DNA from: Narcine bancroftii
Lineage: Eukaryota
Length of the DNA stretch: 64,000 nt
Direction of reading: 5' to 3'
Assembly: GCF_036971445.1 (NCBI RefSeq)
Contig: NC_091474.1
Span: 209,126,001-209,190,000 of the forward strand
The translations under genes were made by a program, and so were the position numbers. The notes beneath the pieces are model-generated. The model was given only the letters and a program-made list of their open reading frames with translations, was not told the origin of the DNA and searched no databases. Positions 1-11,239 of the stretch are shown here, in pieces. How positions within the stretch are numbered: position 1 is the stretch's first letter; each line of letters begins with the position of its first letter.

Positions 1-365
1 CTTTCTCCAATTTAGAATCTCAACCCAAGGTCCAGACCTATCATTATCCATATTTATCTTGAAAGCAATCGCATTATAACCACTGGACCCAAAGTGTTCA
101 GCTACATGTTACCTGTCCTGTCTTGTTGCCTAATAGGAGTAGGAGATCCAGTATTGCACTCTCCCTAGTTGGTACATCTATATACATATTGATTTAGAAC
201 ACATCTGACAAACTCTAAGCTATTCACCCCTTTTACAGTATGGGAGTCCCAGTTAAAATATGGAAAGTTAAAACCCCCCCTACTTTCACAACTTTGTTTC
301 CTGCACTGTCTTGTTTTTCCCTGCAGATTTGCTCCTCCAATTCTTGCTTTGTTTAATCCTATCAA
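1..365 (-). mobile_element. CR1 LINE fragment, ORF2 APE endonuclease region (decayed)
   Basis: Minus-strand translation GGFNFPYFNWDSHTVKG..EFVRCV..QYV then a RESAILDLLLGN-like motif, matching the CR1 endonuclease GDFNFPxIDW...PTRxxAxLDLLL signature. Confidence 0.8.
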
Positions 366-697
366 TGTACATTGTGATTTAATCCTTTTCAGTTTTGCTG
401 ATCTCTCATATGAATACTTTAGTCATCTCACTGTGGAAATTACATTCTTCTGGTTTTTCTTATGGTCATGACCTCCTTGTTCCCAGACTTGTATGTCATG
501 TATTTTGGCCCAAAAGGTAACATTTAATTACTTTGGAACTTTTGAAGTTTTGGTTATATCTTTTGAAGTTATATGGTGAATGTGGACATTCAACATCTAA
601 TTTACACCTCAATGTCTACTTAGGCATTCTCCTAAACAAAAAATATTTATTTTCATAAATGTGGCAAAAATAAAATCTCCAAAGTCACCATCTAAAT

Positions 698-1066
698 CAG
701 TGGTTCTCAACCTTTTTCTTTTCACTCACATACCACTTTAAGTAATCCCTACACCATTAGTCCTCTGTGTTTAGTAAGGGATTGCTTAAGGTGGTATGTG
801 AGTGGGAAGAGAAGGTTGAGAATCACTGCTCTAGACCCAGTTGTTACTGAAATATTTTGCTTGAGAAAAGTTGTCATCGGCCCATTTCCTGTGGAGTTAT
901 GAAACCATGCATATAATGAGTCATTTAGGTACGATTAAAACAGTGGTTTTCAAACTTTTCTTTCCACCCACATACCACCTTAACCAATCCCTTACACAGA
1001 GCACCTATGCCATAGGAAATACTTTAAGTGGTATGTGAGTGGAAGGAAAAAGGTTGAGAACCACTG
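698..1066. mobile_element. Non-autonomous hAT (Charlie-type) MITE made of two hairpin units (698-828, 941-1066) plus spacer
   Basis: TIRs CAGTGGTTCTCAACC / GGTTGAGAACCACTG; 8-bp flanks ATCTAAAT (690-697) and ATCTAAAG (1067-1074); second copy at 28268-28640. Confidence 0.88.
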
Positions 1067-1139
1067 ATCTAAAGTATAAAATCTGAAAACACAATGTCAG
1101 AGATGAGGCATGTGTTCACTGGCTGAAAAGAAGGAGGGA

Positions 1140-1287
1140 TGTTTAGACTGGTGGAGAGGAGACACAGGTAGACTGGTGGAGAGGAGACAAAGACAGAGTG
1201 GTCGAGACACAGTCAGACTGGTACAAAGGAGACACAGACAGACAGGCCGAGGGAAGCACAGACAGACTGGCGGAGAGGAGACAGACA
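1140..1287. repeat. Degenerate GA/CA-rich tandem repeat (ggagagacacagacagactgg-like), resumes at ~2125-2200
   Basis: Visible reiteration of gactggtggagaggagacac units on both sides of the 1288-2124 insertion. Confidence 0.65.
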
Positions 1288-2124
1288 AGCCCTTTTCGCA
1301 CTAGCTAACCTGTTTTCTGCGTCCTTTCACATTCATCTCCAGGCATCCCTGGGGAGAGGGGTGCCTTTCTTCCACTGGTATCATCTGAGTGATGCATCCA
1401 CTAATTATGATCTTGCATTTAAACAAAATTAATCATACATAATTATAACATAATTAAACATTCTGTACAACACAGTATGAGCCCTTCAGCCCCTGTTGTT
1501 GTGCCAACTATATAAACTTTTAAAAAATTTTAAAGGACCATGGGAAAATGGTAGTAGCAATAAAATACATCGGCACACGATTTATAAAGACCGTGGGAAA
1601 GTTGCAGAGAGAGAGAAAGAGCGCACATGATGGCGGACCTCCATCCCAGAATTCTATGTGGTAGAGAAAGGGCTGTATGAATGGAGCACTCAAGGAGGGG
1701 TTTCTCTGCTGCACGGAATTCTGGGAGGGCAGGTTCACCATAGTGTTCATGTGCTCTCTTTCTACGACTTTCCCATGGTCTTTATAAATTATAATTACGC
1801 ATGATTAATTTTGTTTAAATACATGATCATAATATTTTGATCAGGATTTAGTAAATTGAATACAAAGTTTATATCTTTTTAATCTTTTGTTTCCTTCACA
1901 TTCCTGCACTCATCATCAACGTGTCCCTACTTTGTCCATGGATAGTTCATGTCCCTTTCTCTGGGCTAATTGGCACACAGGCATCAGATGTCTCTGGGGA
2001 TGATACACCCTACTTAGGCTGTCCATCCCCAGGTGATTTGATGCCTGCATGCCATTCACATTGGCCCCTTAACCGGTATATTGGCCGTTAATTGCTAGGA
2101 TAAGGTGCCAGTGTGAAAAGGTCT
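1288..2124. mobile_element. Non-autonomous PIF/Harbinger-like TIR element with a long internal palindrome
   Basis: Termini AGCCCTTTTCGCACTAGC / GCCAGTGTGAAAAGGTCT (15/18 inverted match); 3-bp flanks ACA/ACA; internal inverted arms 1404-1448 vs 1789-1833 and a ~1580-1790 fold-back. Confidence 0.65.
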
Positions 2125-3480
2125 ACAGATGGAAGAGAGGAGGGACAGACATACTGGTGGAGAGGAGGCATGGACAGATTGTCTGAGGGGAGGCATATAA
2201 AGACTGATAAAGAGCAGTCACTAGTTTGGGATTTTGCACTTGTATCCATACCTGAGAACACTGAACCTGGAACCAGCCACAAATCAATGTGCTTATCTTT
2301 ACCTTCAATATCCAGACGATCAGATCCTGGTTCAGTATCTTGATTCAGTTGCGTTTCTTTCCTTTTGAACTTCATATCTTGTATGTCATCCTGTTTAACT
2401 TTCCCTCTTTCATTGGTCTTGTTTTTCTGTTATAGATACATCTGCATTGAATAGATGGAAATGCATCCAACCATTTTGTAGACATCCATTCTGAAACCAT
2501 TGCTCAGACAGTGCAGGAGGTTGTGACAAGCTGCCGTTTATCATTGTTTATCACATAGCAACACACCATTCTTTTATTGTGGAACTAGTGAAAGGTGGTC
2601 TGTCTGATTACCAGAGCTGCTTTATTCTGATTTGCATTGGAAAGGAACTGAATAGGAACAGAGCAAGCAAAAGCCCTTGTAAGGAATCTTTAAAAGAAAT
2701 GAGCTTTGAGAGTGATTTACAGGCCATGTTTTATGCTGAATTTAAAAAAAAATGCTGTCTCTTGTGCTTGTAAGTATTTAATCAAAGGAAACATAGCCTG
2801 AAATAAAATGATTTGTAATGTCTGATGGGCTTTATTGTGAGAGCTGAGAAGTAGGACATGAGGAAATGTTTGTGTAATTTTGGCTGCTGTTATTCTTCCT
2901 CAGAGAGGTGGCGGTAAGTAGATAACCAGTTTGCCTGTCACTTATCATGAAGGAACAAAGAGCACAAAGCTACCAAATATTCCACCTTCACAAAGCTATC
3001 CAGGATCCATGACCTAGGTGGCAACACTCACTGTCCGACATAGAAGTTGGAGAGCAATATTTACTCGCCTAGAACTTTTGGTACTTTTAAAAAAAATTAA
3101 TGCTGCACAGATTTTGAATGACTCATTTGACCGTTCTTCCAGAAGTTTCTCTTCGAGTGCACCAGTGAACTATTCTGGGACGATTATTGCATCAACACAC
3201 ATGGCTGCCTCTTTCCCACCAGTAGCATCTAACAAATCATCGCTTCTGAGATTTTGGTTCCCACTCCCATCTTTAGGGAAAACGCGCCTCAGCTATCTCG
3301 TGACCTTTGGGGCAATGACTCCTTTTTTTTGATGCAGGTTTCAGTGAGGTATCACCCTGGTACTCAGTTGCTGCAAATGCTATTAAGCTGTCTCAATAGC
3401 AATCATTTAAAATAAACCTCACAAGCAAGATACCAGTGGTGGGGGAACAGGTTTTCTTCCTCGCTCTTCAAAAGCTTAAG

Positions 3481-3734
3481 CATTGTGTACAACACAGTAT
3501 GAGCCCTTCAGCCCCTGTTGTTGTGCCAACTATATAAACTTTTAAAAAATTTTAAAGGACCATGGGAAAGTGGTAGTGGCAATGAAATACATCGGCACAC
3601 GATTTATAAAGACCGTGGGAAAGTTGCAGAGAGAGAGAGAAAGAGCGCACATGATGGCGGACCTCCATCCCAGAATTCTATGTGGTAGAGAAAGGGCTGT
3701 ATGAATGGAGCACTCAAGGAGGGGTTTCTCTGCT
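3481..3734 (+). repeat. Near-identical local duplicate of 1459-1710
   Basis: Direct comparison shows only a handful of substitutions and one extra GA over ~250 bp. Confidence 0.92.
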
Positions 3735-5408
3735 TTACATAAACTTGGCCCTTTCTGAGTGACACAAAATGCTCAAAATGCACACCATGCCCATCAGTAA
3801 TTGAAGGGTAAAGAGTGACCTGTTTCCAGCATTCTCACTCTGCTGTTTAACACACACTGCTGTTGCTCATTGTTAGCTAATTGTTAACTAACAACTGTTA
3901 GTTACTTGGTTTTGTTGGCCATACTTTGGACCTGTTATCACCCAGAGGAGGAAGTAAATAGCATTGGCCAAAACAGTCTATTATCAATTGAAATAGCAGA
4001 TCTGTTTCTTGGCATTTCTGCATGTGTTTCTATTATGAGACTAATCTACTGTATATCAACATTATTGTAGGGACATCGCCTGGTAAGTTTGGAGTGTGCA
4101 GATGGCAGTGTTTTTAACTATTGAGATGGCATCATCTCATCATTATCAGAGAATAAGCCCTTTGTCCATCGGACCTTTTTGCCCATCTAATTTCTATTTG
4201 CCTGCATTAGCGCTGCATATAGCATATTATGTTCTTGCCTATTTGACTATCAGTCTAAATGTCTCTTCAACATAATAAATGTATCTGTTCCACCACTTCC
4301 TCTGCTGGCATATTTCAGATATCAGCCATTCTTTGTGTAAAACTCCTACCCCTCAAATCTCCTGTAAAGAACTTTGGGTACGAAGGAGCTAATGAAGAAA
4401 ATACAGTTCAAAAATGCTATGCTGAAATTGACATTCGTTGGTAATAGGATTGATTGTGGACAAGAGCTCAGTGAGCCACATGAGCTTTATTGCCCCGAAT
4501 AATGAACCTGCTCACCTTGTATTCCTGTTCAAGTGGAACAATAGAAGGGCAACTCTCAGGGTCTTCACAGAGTAGTTCAGGTCATCATTGCAGTATGTCG
4601 CTCTTTGATTGGGTCCTATCGTTTTACACAATCTCAATGCAGCAACGTTGTCAGCAAATCTATACTTCCCAAATGGTCATCAGGTTGACCTGTTTTGCCA
4701 ATTAAAAGTCGCCAGCCATCTCAGAACTTTACCTACAAAATTCCTTGGGAATCCTGATTTATTGCACGGTTGTTGAGTGATCTTGGGATAGCAGTTTCAA
4801 AAGCCAGGAGGAGCTCAGCAGGTTGAGAAGCCTAAGTGGGGGAGAAAAAAAAGAATAGGTCATTCTGATGCTGCTGGACCTGCAGTTTCAACACATTGTT
4901 TGTCGCTCCAGATTTCAGCACCTTGAACAGTGTTGACAGCAGGTGAGCCTAAACTGGCTTTCAGTGCAACTTTGAGGTCAGATCATGGCTGATATCATTA
5001 AAAAGGTCCTGCTTTGCCAATCACCTGGGCACCAACTTCAAGGAGGAAGACTGTGTGTTTCAGCATTGACCACTGTTAAGTTCAGGTAGTCCTCGTTCCT
5101 GCAGCATGGCAGTCACTAGCTTCAAGGTCATAAGAGCAGGGAGCCCTCCTCTGTGTTGGCATTTATGTAGGTGGAAATTTGGTGGTTAAATTCTCGAAAT
5201 CCCAGCATTCAGGAGCCATGCCAGAATTAACTCCTCGTCAGTTTTTAATTCGCTCATTGTCTGTTTCTGGCAACGTTGACAAGGCTTGTCAGCAGCTGGT
5301 AAATTCAGCAGCAAAAGGCTGAGGCTGGGCCTTGGCAACCAGGAAAGGGAAGAGATTAGTGGATTGGGACAGGACGGTCAGAGGGGGAGGTCAGCTGGGA
5401 GGGAGCAG

Positions 5409-6438
5409 TGTGATGGAATATTTGGAAATGTTTTTGGGAGATAAATTGGTAAAATTAGAGAAGGTTACATATATACACAGACTTTGAAATGGATTTTATT
5501 TGAAATACTGAATAATTCATATTTAGTGACTACGGAAACTATGGAGAATGCTATGCACATTTCAGAAGTAGGTGCTAATTGAAATGATGTCATGAAATGA
5601 ATAGGCTATCGTCTTGGAAGAACAACTGGAGTCAGGTTGTCTGTGTTGGATCTTTTTGCAAGGCTTTTGACCTCTCTGCAAAGTGCTCACTCAGAAGTCA
5701 TTGAGAGGTTTGTTTACCTAAAACAACAGAAGGACTAGGGGATTGACTCCTATTGTTTGCTGGAGAAGGAATGGGTTTTGCAAGTGAGAGAGAGAAGGAC
5801 ATGTGGCTGGCAGTTTGAATCTCAGATGGAGAGAGAGGCACACAGCTGAAACAAGCCAGGAGAAGCTTGTTGAAACAGAAGCTCCAGAGTGGCGGATAGC
5901 TGGAAGTGCTATCTGTCTGATGTTTCGCTTAGAATAAGAGGAACAAAAGTGAACTCTGTGATAGCCTGAAAGAAAGAGGTTATCATCTGGAGAATCCTGA
6001 TGGGGCAAGTTTCATCAGCAAGACATTGAGGTGACTAATGGTGGTACCTCAGTTGTGGAAATCCTGGAACAACACATCTCTCTCTGCAAACCTACAAGAA
6101 CCTCCCTGAATGGTAAACATTTACTTTTTGAGCACCAAAGCCTGGTGAACTTTATACATGTTAAATTCTGTGCACAGTACAAGAATTACCTGCAACCAGA
6201 GAACTTGGAGGAATGAAACGTGAGATTGAACTGTGAACCAAAGAACTTTTCTTAAATTTACACACACATCACATACGCGTGCGCTTAGAATGAAAAGGGG
6301 TTAAGTTGGGTAGTTAAGTTAAAGTTTGATTCTGTTTTCATGTTTAAAGATAATTAAAAACAACTTTTGTTTAAATAACCATTTGTTGTGGTGAATATCT
6401 ACTGCTGCTGGGTTTTGGGGTCCTTTGGGCTTGTAACA
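5409..6438 (+). mobile_element. Solo LTR (~1.03 kb), probably Gypsy-type
   Basis: Starts TGTGATGG, ends TGTAACA, flanked by 4-bp direct repeat GCAG (5405-5408, 6439-6442); no coding content. Confidence 0.7.
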
Positions 6439-6734
6439 GCAGGCAAAGATTCACGGGCCTGGAGATGAAAGGAATTTTTGTAATGGAAGCTTTGATTGAA
6501 GATCTGAGGGAAGGATATCTGTTACTGCCCAGCTCGAATTGTCAAAATAACCACTCAACTACTTGATCCAGCAATCCTGCTCCTTTATCACTTGAGTTTC
6601 CCGAATCTTCGGAAGCAGCTGACTGGTAAGGTTAACTTTAAATCAACCATCAAGCTAGAGTAAAGTGAATCATGGCTTGATGAAGTGTTCTGCTTCAAGA
6701 GAGCAGCAACACAGACTGAAAATGCTATCATTAA

Positions 6735-6940
6735 AATAATGAAACACCAGAACTGTGGGTGCTGAGAAACTTGAATGAACAAATTGAGGGTCAGTCAGCA
6801 TCCAAGGAGAGAAATAGTCAGTCAACGGCATGGGTCAGGACCCTTAATCGAGACTTTATTGAGTCTTGATAAAGGTTCATCAACTGAAACATTGACTGGC
6901 CATTTTTCTCCATGGGTGGAGCCTGACCCACTGACTCCCT
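6735..6940. mobile_element. Penelope pLTR-derived inverted hairpin element (decayed)
   Basis: Fold-back centred at ~6858 (cagtcaacg..gacccttaatcgagac / gtcttgataaagg..gaaacattgactg) with a decayed hammerhead-like TGAnnA..GAAAC. Confidence 0.55.
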
Positions 6941-7444
6941 CCATCCTTACTTTGCTAACCACAAAAGAAATGGAAGCAGGTCCCAAAAGAAAAAAATTCA
7001 GATGATGTTCTTTTCACATCCCTTCTGGGAAATCCTGGCACCATGTGAATTATGTGCAAAATACAAATGTGCTGGAGAAAGTCAGCAGGTCCCGCAGCAT
7101 CCACTCGAAGTAAAGGGGAACCAACGTTTTGTGTCTGGGCCCCTCCTCCGTTCTTGTTCAACACCATGTAATTTATACAAATGCAGTTAAACTCTGCACT
7201 TATCTCACAAGCAGCAGCTCAGATATTCTGCAGTAGTGTGGTCTTCACCGGAACATTTTGCAAGGCAAGATCTTTGGAGCTCAGTTGTCACTGCTGTTGA
7301 TCCAATTTAATTCTGAAGTTATTCGGATTAGCACTTGGAAATGCTTCTGAGGGAGACCTTGTCCGTTTTGGGGGGGGGGGGGGGAGGGGGTTTATGTTTC
7401 ACAGCAGCTTGAGGGACTAGGAGTCCTCAAAATCCTGAAATGCC

Positions 7445-7567
7445 ACAGAGCATCCATGGGAAGTAAAGGGGAACCAATGCTTTGGCCTGGGCCCTTTATC
7501 AGGCTAATGGGCAGTTACCTGATGAAAGGACCAGGCCCTAGATGTTTGTTACCCTTTACTTCCCATA
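7445..7567. mobile_element. Penelope pLTR-derived hairpin with CTGATGA hammerhead core remnant (a further single arm at ~7058-7142)
   Basis: gcatccatgggaagtaaagggg..atcagg / cctgatgaaagg..ccctttacttcccatagatgc inverted arms. Confidence 0.7.
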
Positions 7568-7945
7568 GATGCTGCATGACCTGCTGAGTTTCTCCCGGAT
7601 GTTGCATGACCTGTTGAATTTCTCCCGCATGTTGCGTAACCTGCTGAGATTCTCCTGGATGTTGCGTGACCTGTTGAATTTCTCCAGGATGTGGCGTGAC
7701 CTGCTGAGTTTCTCCAGGATACTGAGTGACTTGTTGAGTTTCTCCTGGATGTTGCGTGACCTGCTGAGTTTCTCCAGGATGCTGAGTTTCTCCCGAATGT
7801 GCTGAGTTTCTCCAGGATGTTGCGTGACCTGCTGAATTTCTCCAGGATGTTGTATGACCTGCTGAGTTTCTCCAGGATGTTGTATGAACTGCTGAGATTC
7901 TCCAGGATACTGCGTGACCTGCTGAGTTTCTTCAGCACATTTGTG
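7568..7945 (+). repeat. 30-bp minisatellite (GATGTTGCGTGACCTGCTGAGTTTCTCCAG), 11 full plus 2 partial units
   Basis: Units counted directly at 30-bp spacing from 7568; truncated units at 7778-7815. Confidence 0.95.
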
Positions 7946-8479
7946 AATTGCACTATACCGTGGGATCTGCAGTTGTTCTTGTTTAACATCTTCAGAATCC
8001 CATTGGCTGCAGGAAAATTGTAACTTGCTCTTCAAGTATAACTAAGATTAGCTGCAGACCTTCTGAAAATTTTTGGATTCCAAACTGAAATTAGATGAAG
8101 AGGTAGTCGTGTTTAGAACTGATGAGTGAAAACTTCCAGAAAACTGCATTTTCATTTGGTAACATATGAAACATTATTTTGCACCTTCAAAAGAATTGGA
8201 TCATGTGACCTACTGGTCTTTCAACATAGAGTAACAATATCCCAGAGATTGTTCTGGGGAGAAGCTTTCTGGCTGCACACTAGAAGGCATCCAGTAGACA
8301 ATTGCTGCTCATCTGCTCATCTTCACTGTGCTAAAGCCTGATTAAGAGACCAATGCTGAGACATAGTATCAGAAGTTTAAAAAGCAAAAAAAATCTGCAG
8401 ATGTTGGAAAACAGATTGGAAAAAATAACAAAATTCAGAACATACATTATCAGTAGCAGTGCTTAAATGGGGTACAAAA

Positions 8480-8785
8480 AAAGCATCGAGGATCTCTACC
8501 ATCCATCGCACAATATCTTTGACCCATTGCCATCAGAAAGGAGGATCAAAATCAGAACCGCCATCCTGGGAAATAGCTTCTTCCAGTGGCTGTGAGATTG
8601 ATGAACAGTATCCAGTACCTTTGGGTTTCCAATAAATAAAAGAATTAAATTATTCTGAAATATTTAAACATAAGTGTTTTATTTTTTGCTCTATTTCTGT
8701 GATTTGTGTGTTCGTGCACGCGTGTACCTGTTTCATCTGGTTGTACAGTATATGTACAGTCAGATGATGATAAACTTGAACTTAA
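8480..8785 (+). mobile_element. Rex1/Babar-like LINE 3' fragment
   Basis: Encodes decayed HPSHNIFDPLPS.RR...LGNSFF..AVRLMN C-terminus; ends in an aaacttgaactt tail. Confidence 0.65.
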
Positions 8786-8819
8786 GTTAATGTTTCAGGC
8801 CATTCCCTCATGAAAGGGA

Positions 8820-9260
8820 AGTTTTGCAGGAATGTCTTAAAGAGAAGTAGAAAAAGCAGGGAGAATGAGGGAGGAGATTCCAATGATTACAAGATTACAA
8901 GATTTTGGGAAGTAGGTCGTGGAAGCAGAGTTGGCCAAAGGTGACTTTTGGGCTGAAAAAGACGGAGAGGAGCAAGGTGTGGAATGAAATTGAACTCGAG
9001 CATGAGGATCTGACATTGGAGGTCTTGCAGCACCTAGTGTCCACAGAAGTGAATGATGGTTGAAGGAACTTGGTGCAAAGTAGGATAAGGCAGCAGAGCC
9101 TTGGATGCATGGAGCTCAATAGAGAATGGAAGATTGGAGGCTGGCCAGGAATGCATTGGGGTGGTAAACTTTGGAGTGGGGAGTAGGTAACCACACAGAC
9201 AAGGGTTTCACCAAGAAATGGACTGATGAAAGGATACAGATAAGCAAAATGTGGAATGTT
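8820..9260 (-). mobile_element. Old L2-like LINE fragment
   Basis: Purine-rich 3'-end-type sequence (gtcttaaagagaag..agggaggagattcca) resembling fish L2 reverse strand; heavily decayed. Confidence 0.35.
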
Positions 9261-9709
9261 ATTTTCAATCACAACACCCTATTGAGGACTAGCTGTCATA
9301 AGCACTGAAGCAATTGATGGTTCAAATGTGATGGGGTTAGTGGAGGTACTATGAGGGAGCTTATTATTTCACTAGGCTGGGATATTTTTCTTGCTTTACC
9401 CTGTCTTCAAACTCAAATATAAATGGCATTTCTGAATGGTAAGCTCAGGGAATGGATGAAAGGAAAGAGTTAACAATGCATCAAGTAACAGAAAGGTTGC
9501 TGCAGCAATGGATTAGTAGTAGTCAAAATATAAAGTAAAATACGTCAAAATCTTAAATTAACGAAAAAGAGATTTCTTTCCATCTTTGGGCTTTTAAATG
9601 CCATTTAAATTATTGTCAACTAAACTGTGTGCCAAGATTAGTGGAAAAGGCTGCTGCTTTGGCACGGATTCTCCCCAAGAGAATTAACAGAAATTTACAT
9701 TTGAACAAT

Positions 9710-10338
9710 AAGAAACAGAAGCAGGAGAAGGCCATTTGGGCCTGATCCACCATTTAATAAGGTCATAGGTGATCTGGTCGTGGGCTCGGCCCCATTTTGC
9801 CCCATAGCCCTTAATTCCCCAACCATGCAAAAATTGATCTGTGACTTGAAAATGAGGTAGCTTCCACTGCTTCTTTGGGAAAAGAAGTCCACAGATTCAC
9901 TACTCTCTGGGAGAAGCAGTTCTTCCTTTCCTCCATCTTAAATCTGCTCCCCCAAATCTTGAGGCTGTGTCTGAGAGTTCTTGTCTCACCTGCCAATGGA
10001 AGCAACTTTCCTGCTTCCAGCTTATCTACTCCTTCCATAATTTTTCATGTTTTTATGAGATCTCCTCTCACTCTTCAAAATTCAAGTGAGTATAGTCCCA
10101 GTCGAATCAATTTCACTTCATAGGCTAACCCCCTCATTTCCAGAATCAACCTGGTGAACATCCTCTGCCCCACCTCCAAAGCCAGTATACTGTATCTTTC
10201 CTCATCTAAAGAGCAAAAAGCTGCATGCAGCACTCAAGGGGTGGCCTCACCATTACCCTATACAGTTGCATGAGACCTCCCTGTTCTTAAATTCAATCCT
10301 TCTAACAATGAAGGCCAACATTCCATTTACCTTCTTGA
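9710..10338 (-). mobile_element. CR1 LINE 3' end
   Basis: Minus ORF ETRTLRHSLKIWGSRFKMEERKNCFSQRVVNLWTS, the typical CR1 ORF2 C-terminus, followed by 3' UTR. Confidence 0.85.
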
Positions 10339-10339
10339 G

Positions 10340-10766
10340 GCCGTTTCTCTCAATAACACATACACTGTTTTGGATACTGTTAAGGGGGATGATCTACCAG
10401 GAACAAGCCACAGGGGTCAAGTCTCTGCCACGGACCATTTGGTTCAGGAGGGAAGTGGGGAGAAGAGGTGAGCTGTAGTCATAGGCGATTCAATGGTTAG
10501 GAGAACAGATAGGAGGTTCTGTGGGCAGGATTGAGACTTCTGAATGGTAGAGTCCAGGGCATCTTGGATCGAGTCCACGGAAGTTTCAAATGGGAGCATG
10601 AGCAGCTAGATGTCATAAGTCGTGTAGGGACCAATGACGTGGGTTGAAAAATATGAGAAGGTCCTGCAAAGTGAGTTCAGAGTGAGCTTAGGTGCTAAGC
10701 TAAAGGATAGGACCTCCATGGTTGTTATCTTGCTATCCATGCCATGTGCTAGTGAGGCCAGAAATA
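10340..10766 (+). mobile_element. CR1 ORF1 fragment (SGNH/GDSL esterase domain)
   Basis: gtagtcataggcgattcaatggttagg = VVIGDSMVR..DRRFCG; later VGTND block. Confidence 0.75.
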
Positions 10767-11210
10767 GTCAAGTCAAGTTTATTGTCATCTGCTTGCCCAT
10801 GTACAACCCAATAAAACAGCGCTCTCCAGTCCTCGTTGCAAAACACGTGGACACACAACCAGACATAACACACACACAGAAACAAAAATACATATACAGG
10901 ACAAGTATTCATAAATACAAATACGCACACACANNNNNNNNNNNNNNNNNNNNNNNNNNNNNNNNNNNNNNNNNNNNNNNNNNNNNNNNNNNNNNNNNNN
11001 NNNNNNNNNNNNNNNNNNNNNNNNNNNNNNNNNNNNNNNNNNNNNNNNNNNNNNNNNNNNNNNNNNNNNNNNNNNNNNNNTATAAGTAAATAATATTGTT
11101 TCATGAATATTAGAGCCTCAGATGGTTAGTGTGAGCAGTTCCTTTGTTTGGTCATTCAGCTTTCTCACTGCCCGTGCGAAGAAGCTGCTCTTCAGCCTGG
11201 TGGTACTGAG
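10767..11210 (-). mobile_element. Rex1/Babar-like 3' fragment inserted in CR1, spanning an assembly gap
   Basis: caagtcaagtttattgtcat tail on the minus strand; same family as 35285-35930. Confidence 0.6.
10934..11080. other. Assembly gap (147 N)
   Basis: Run of n characters. Confidence 0.99.
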
Positions 11211-11239
11211 GAGGATAATACAGCTTACAGATGGCCAAG

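Noticed and set aside
7568-7945. CRISPR-like array of ~30-bp repeats
   Set aside because: Units are head-to-tail with no unique spacers, no cas genes are present, and the context is eukaryotic
7549-8035. Long ORFs with repetitive peptides (QQVTQHPGET, LEKLSRSRNI) suggesting a repeat protein
   Set aside because: They arise from a 30-bp tandem repeat that is open in several frames on both strands and derives from a Penelope pLTR end
10634-11104. 151-aa and 123-aa ORFs
   Set aside because: Open only because they read through the N gap across unrelated TE fragments
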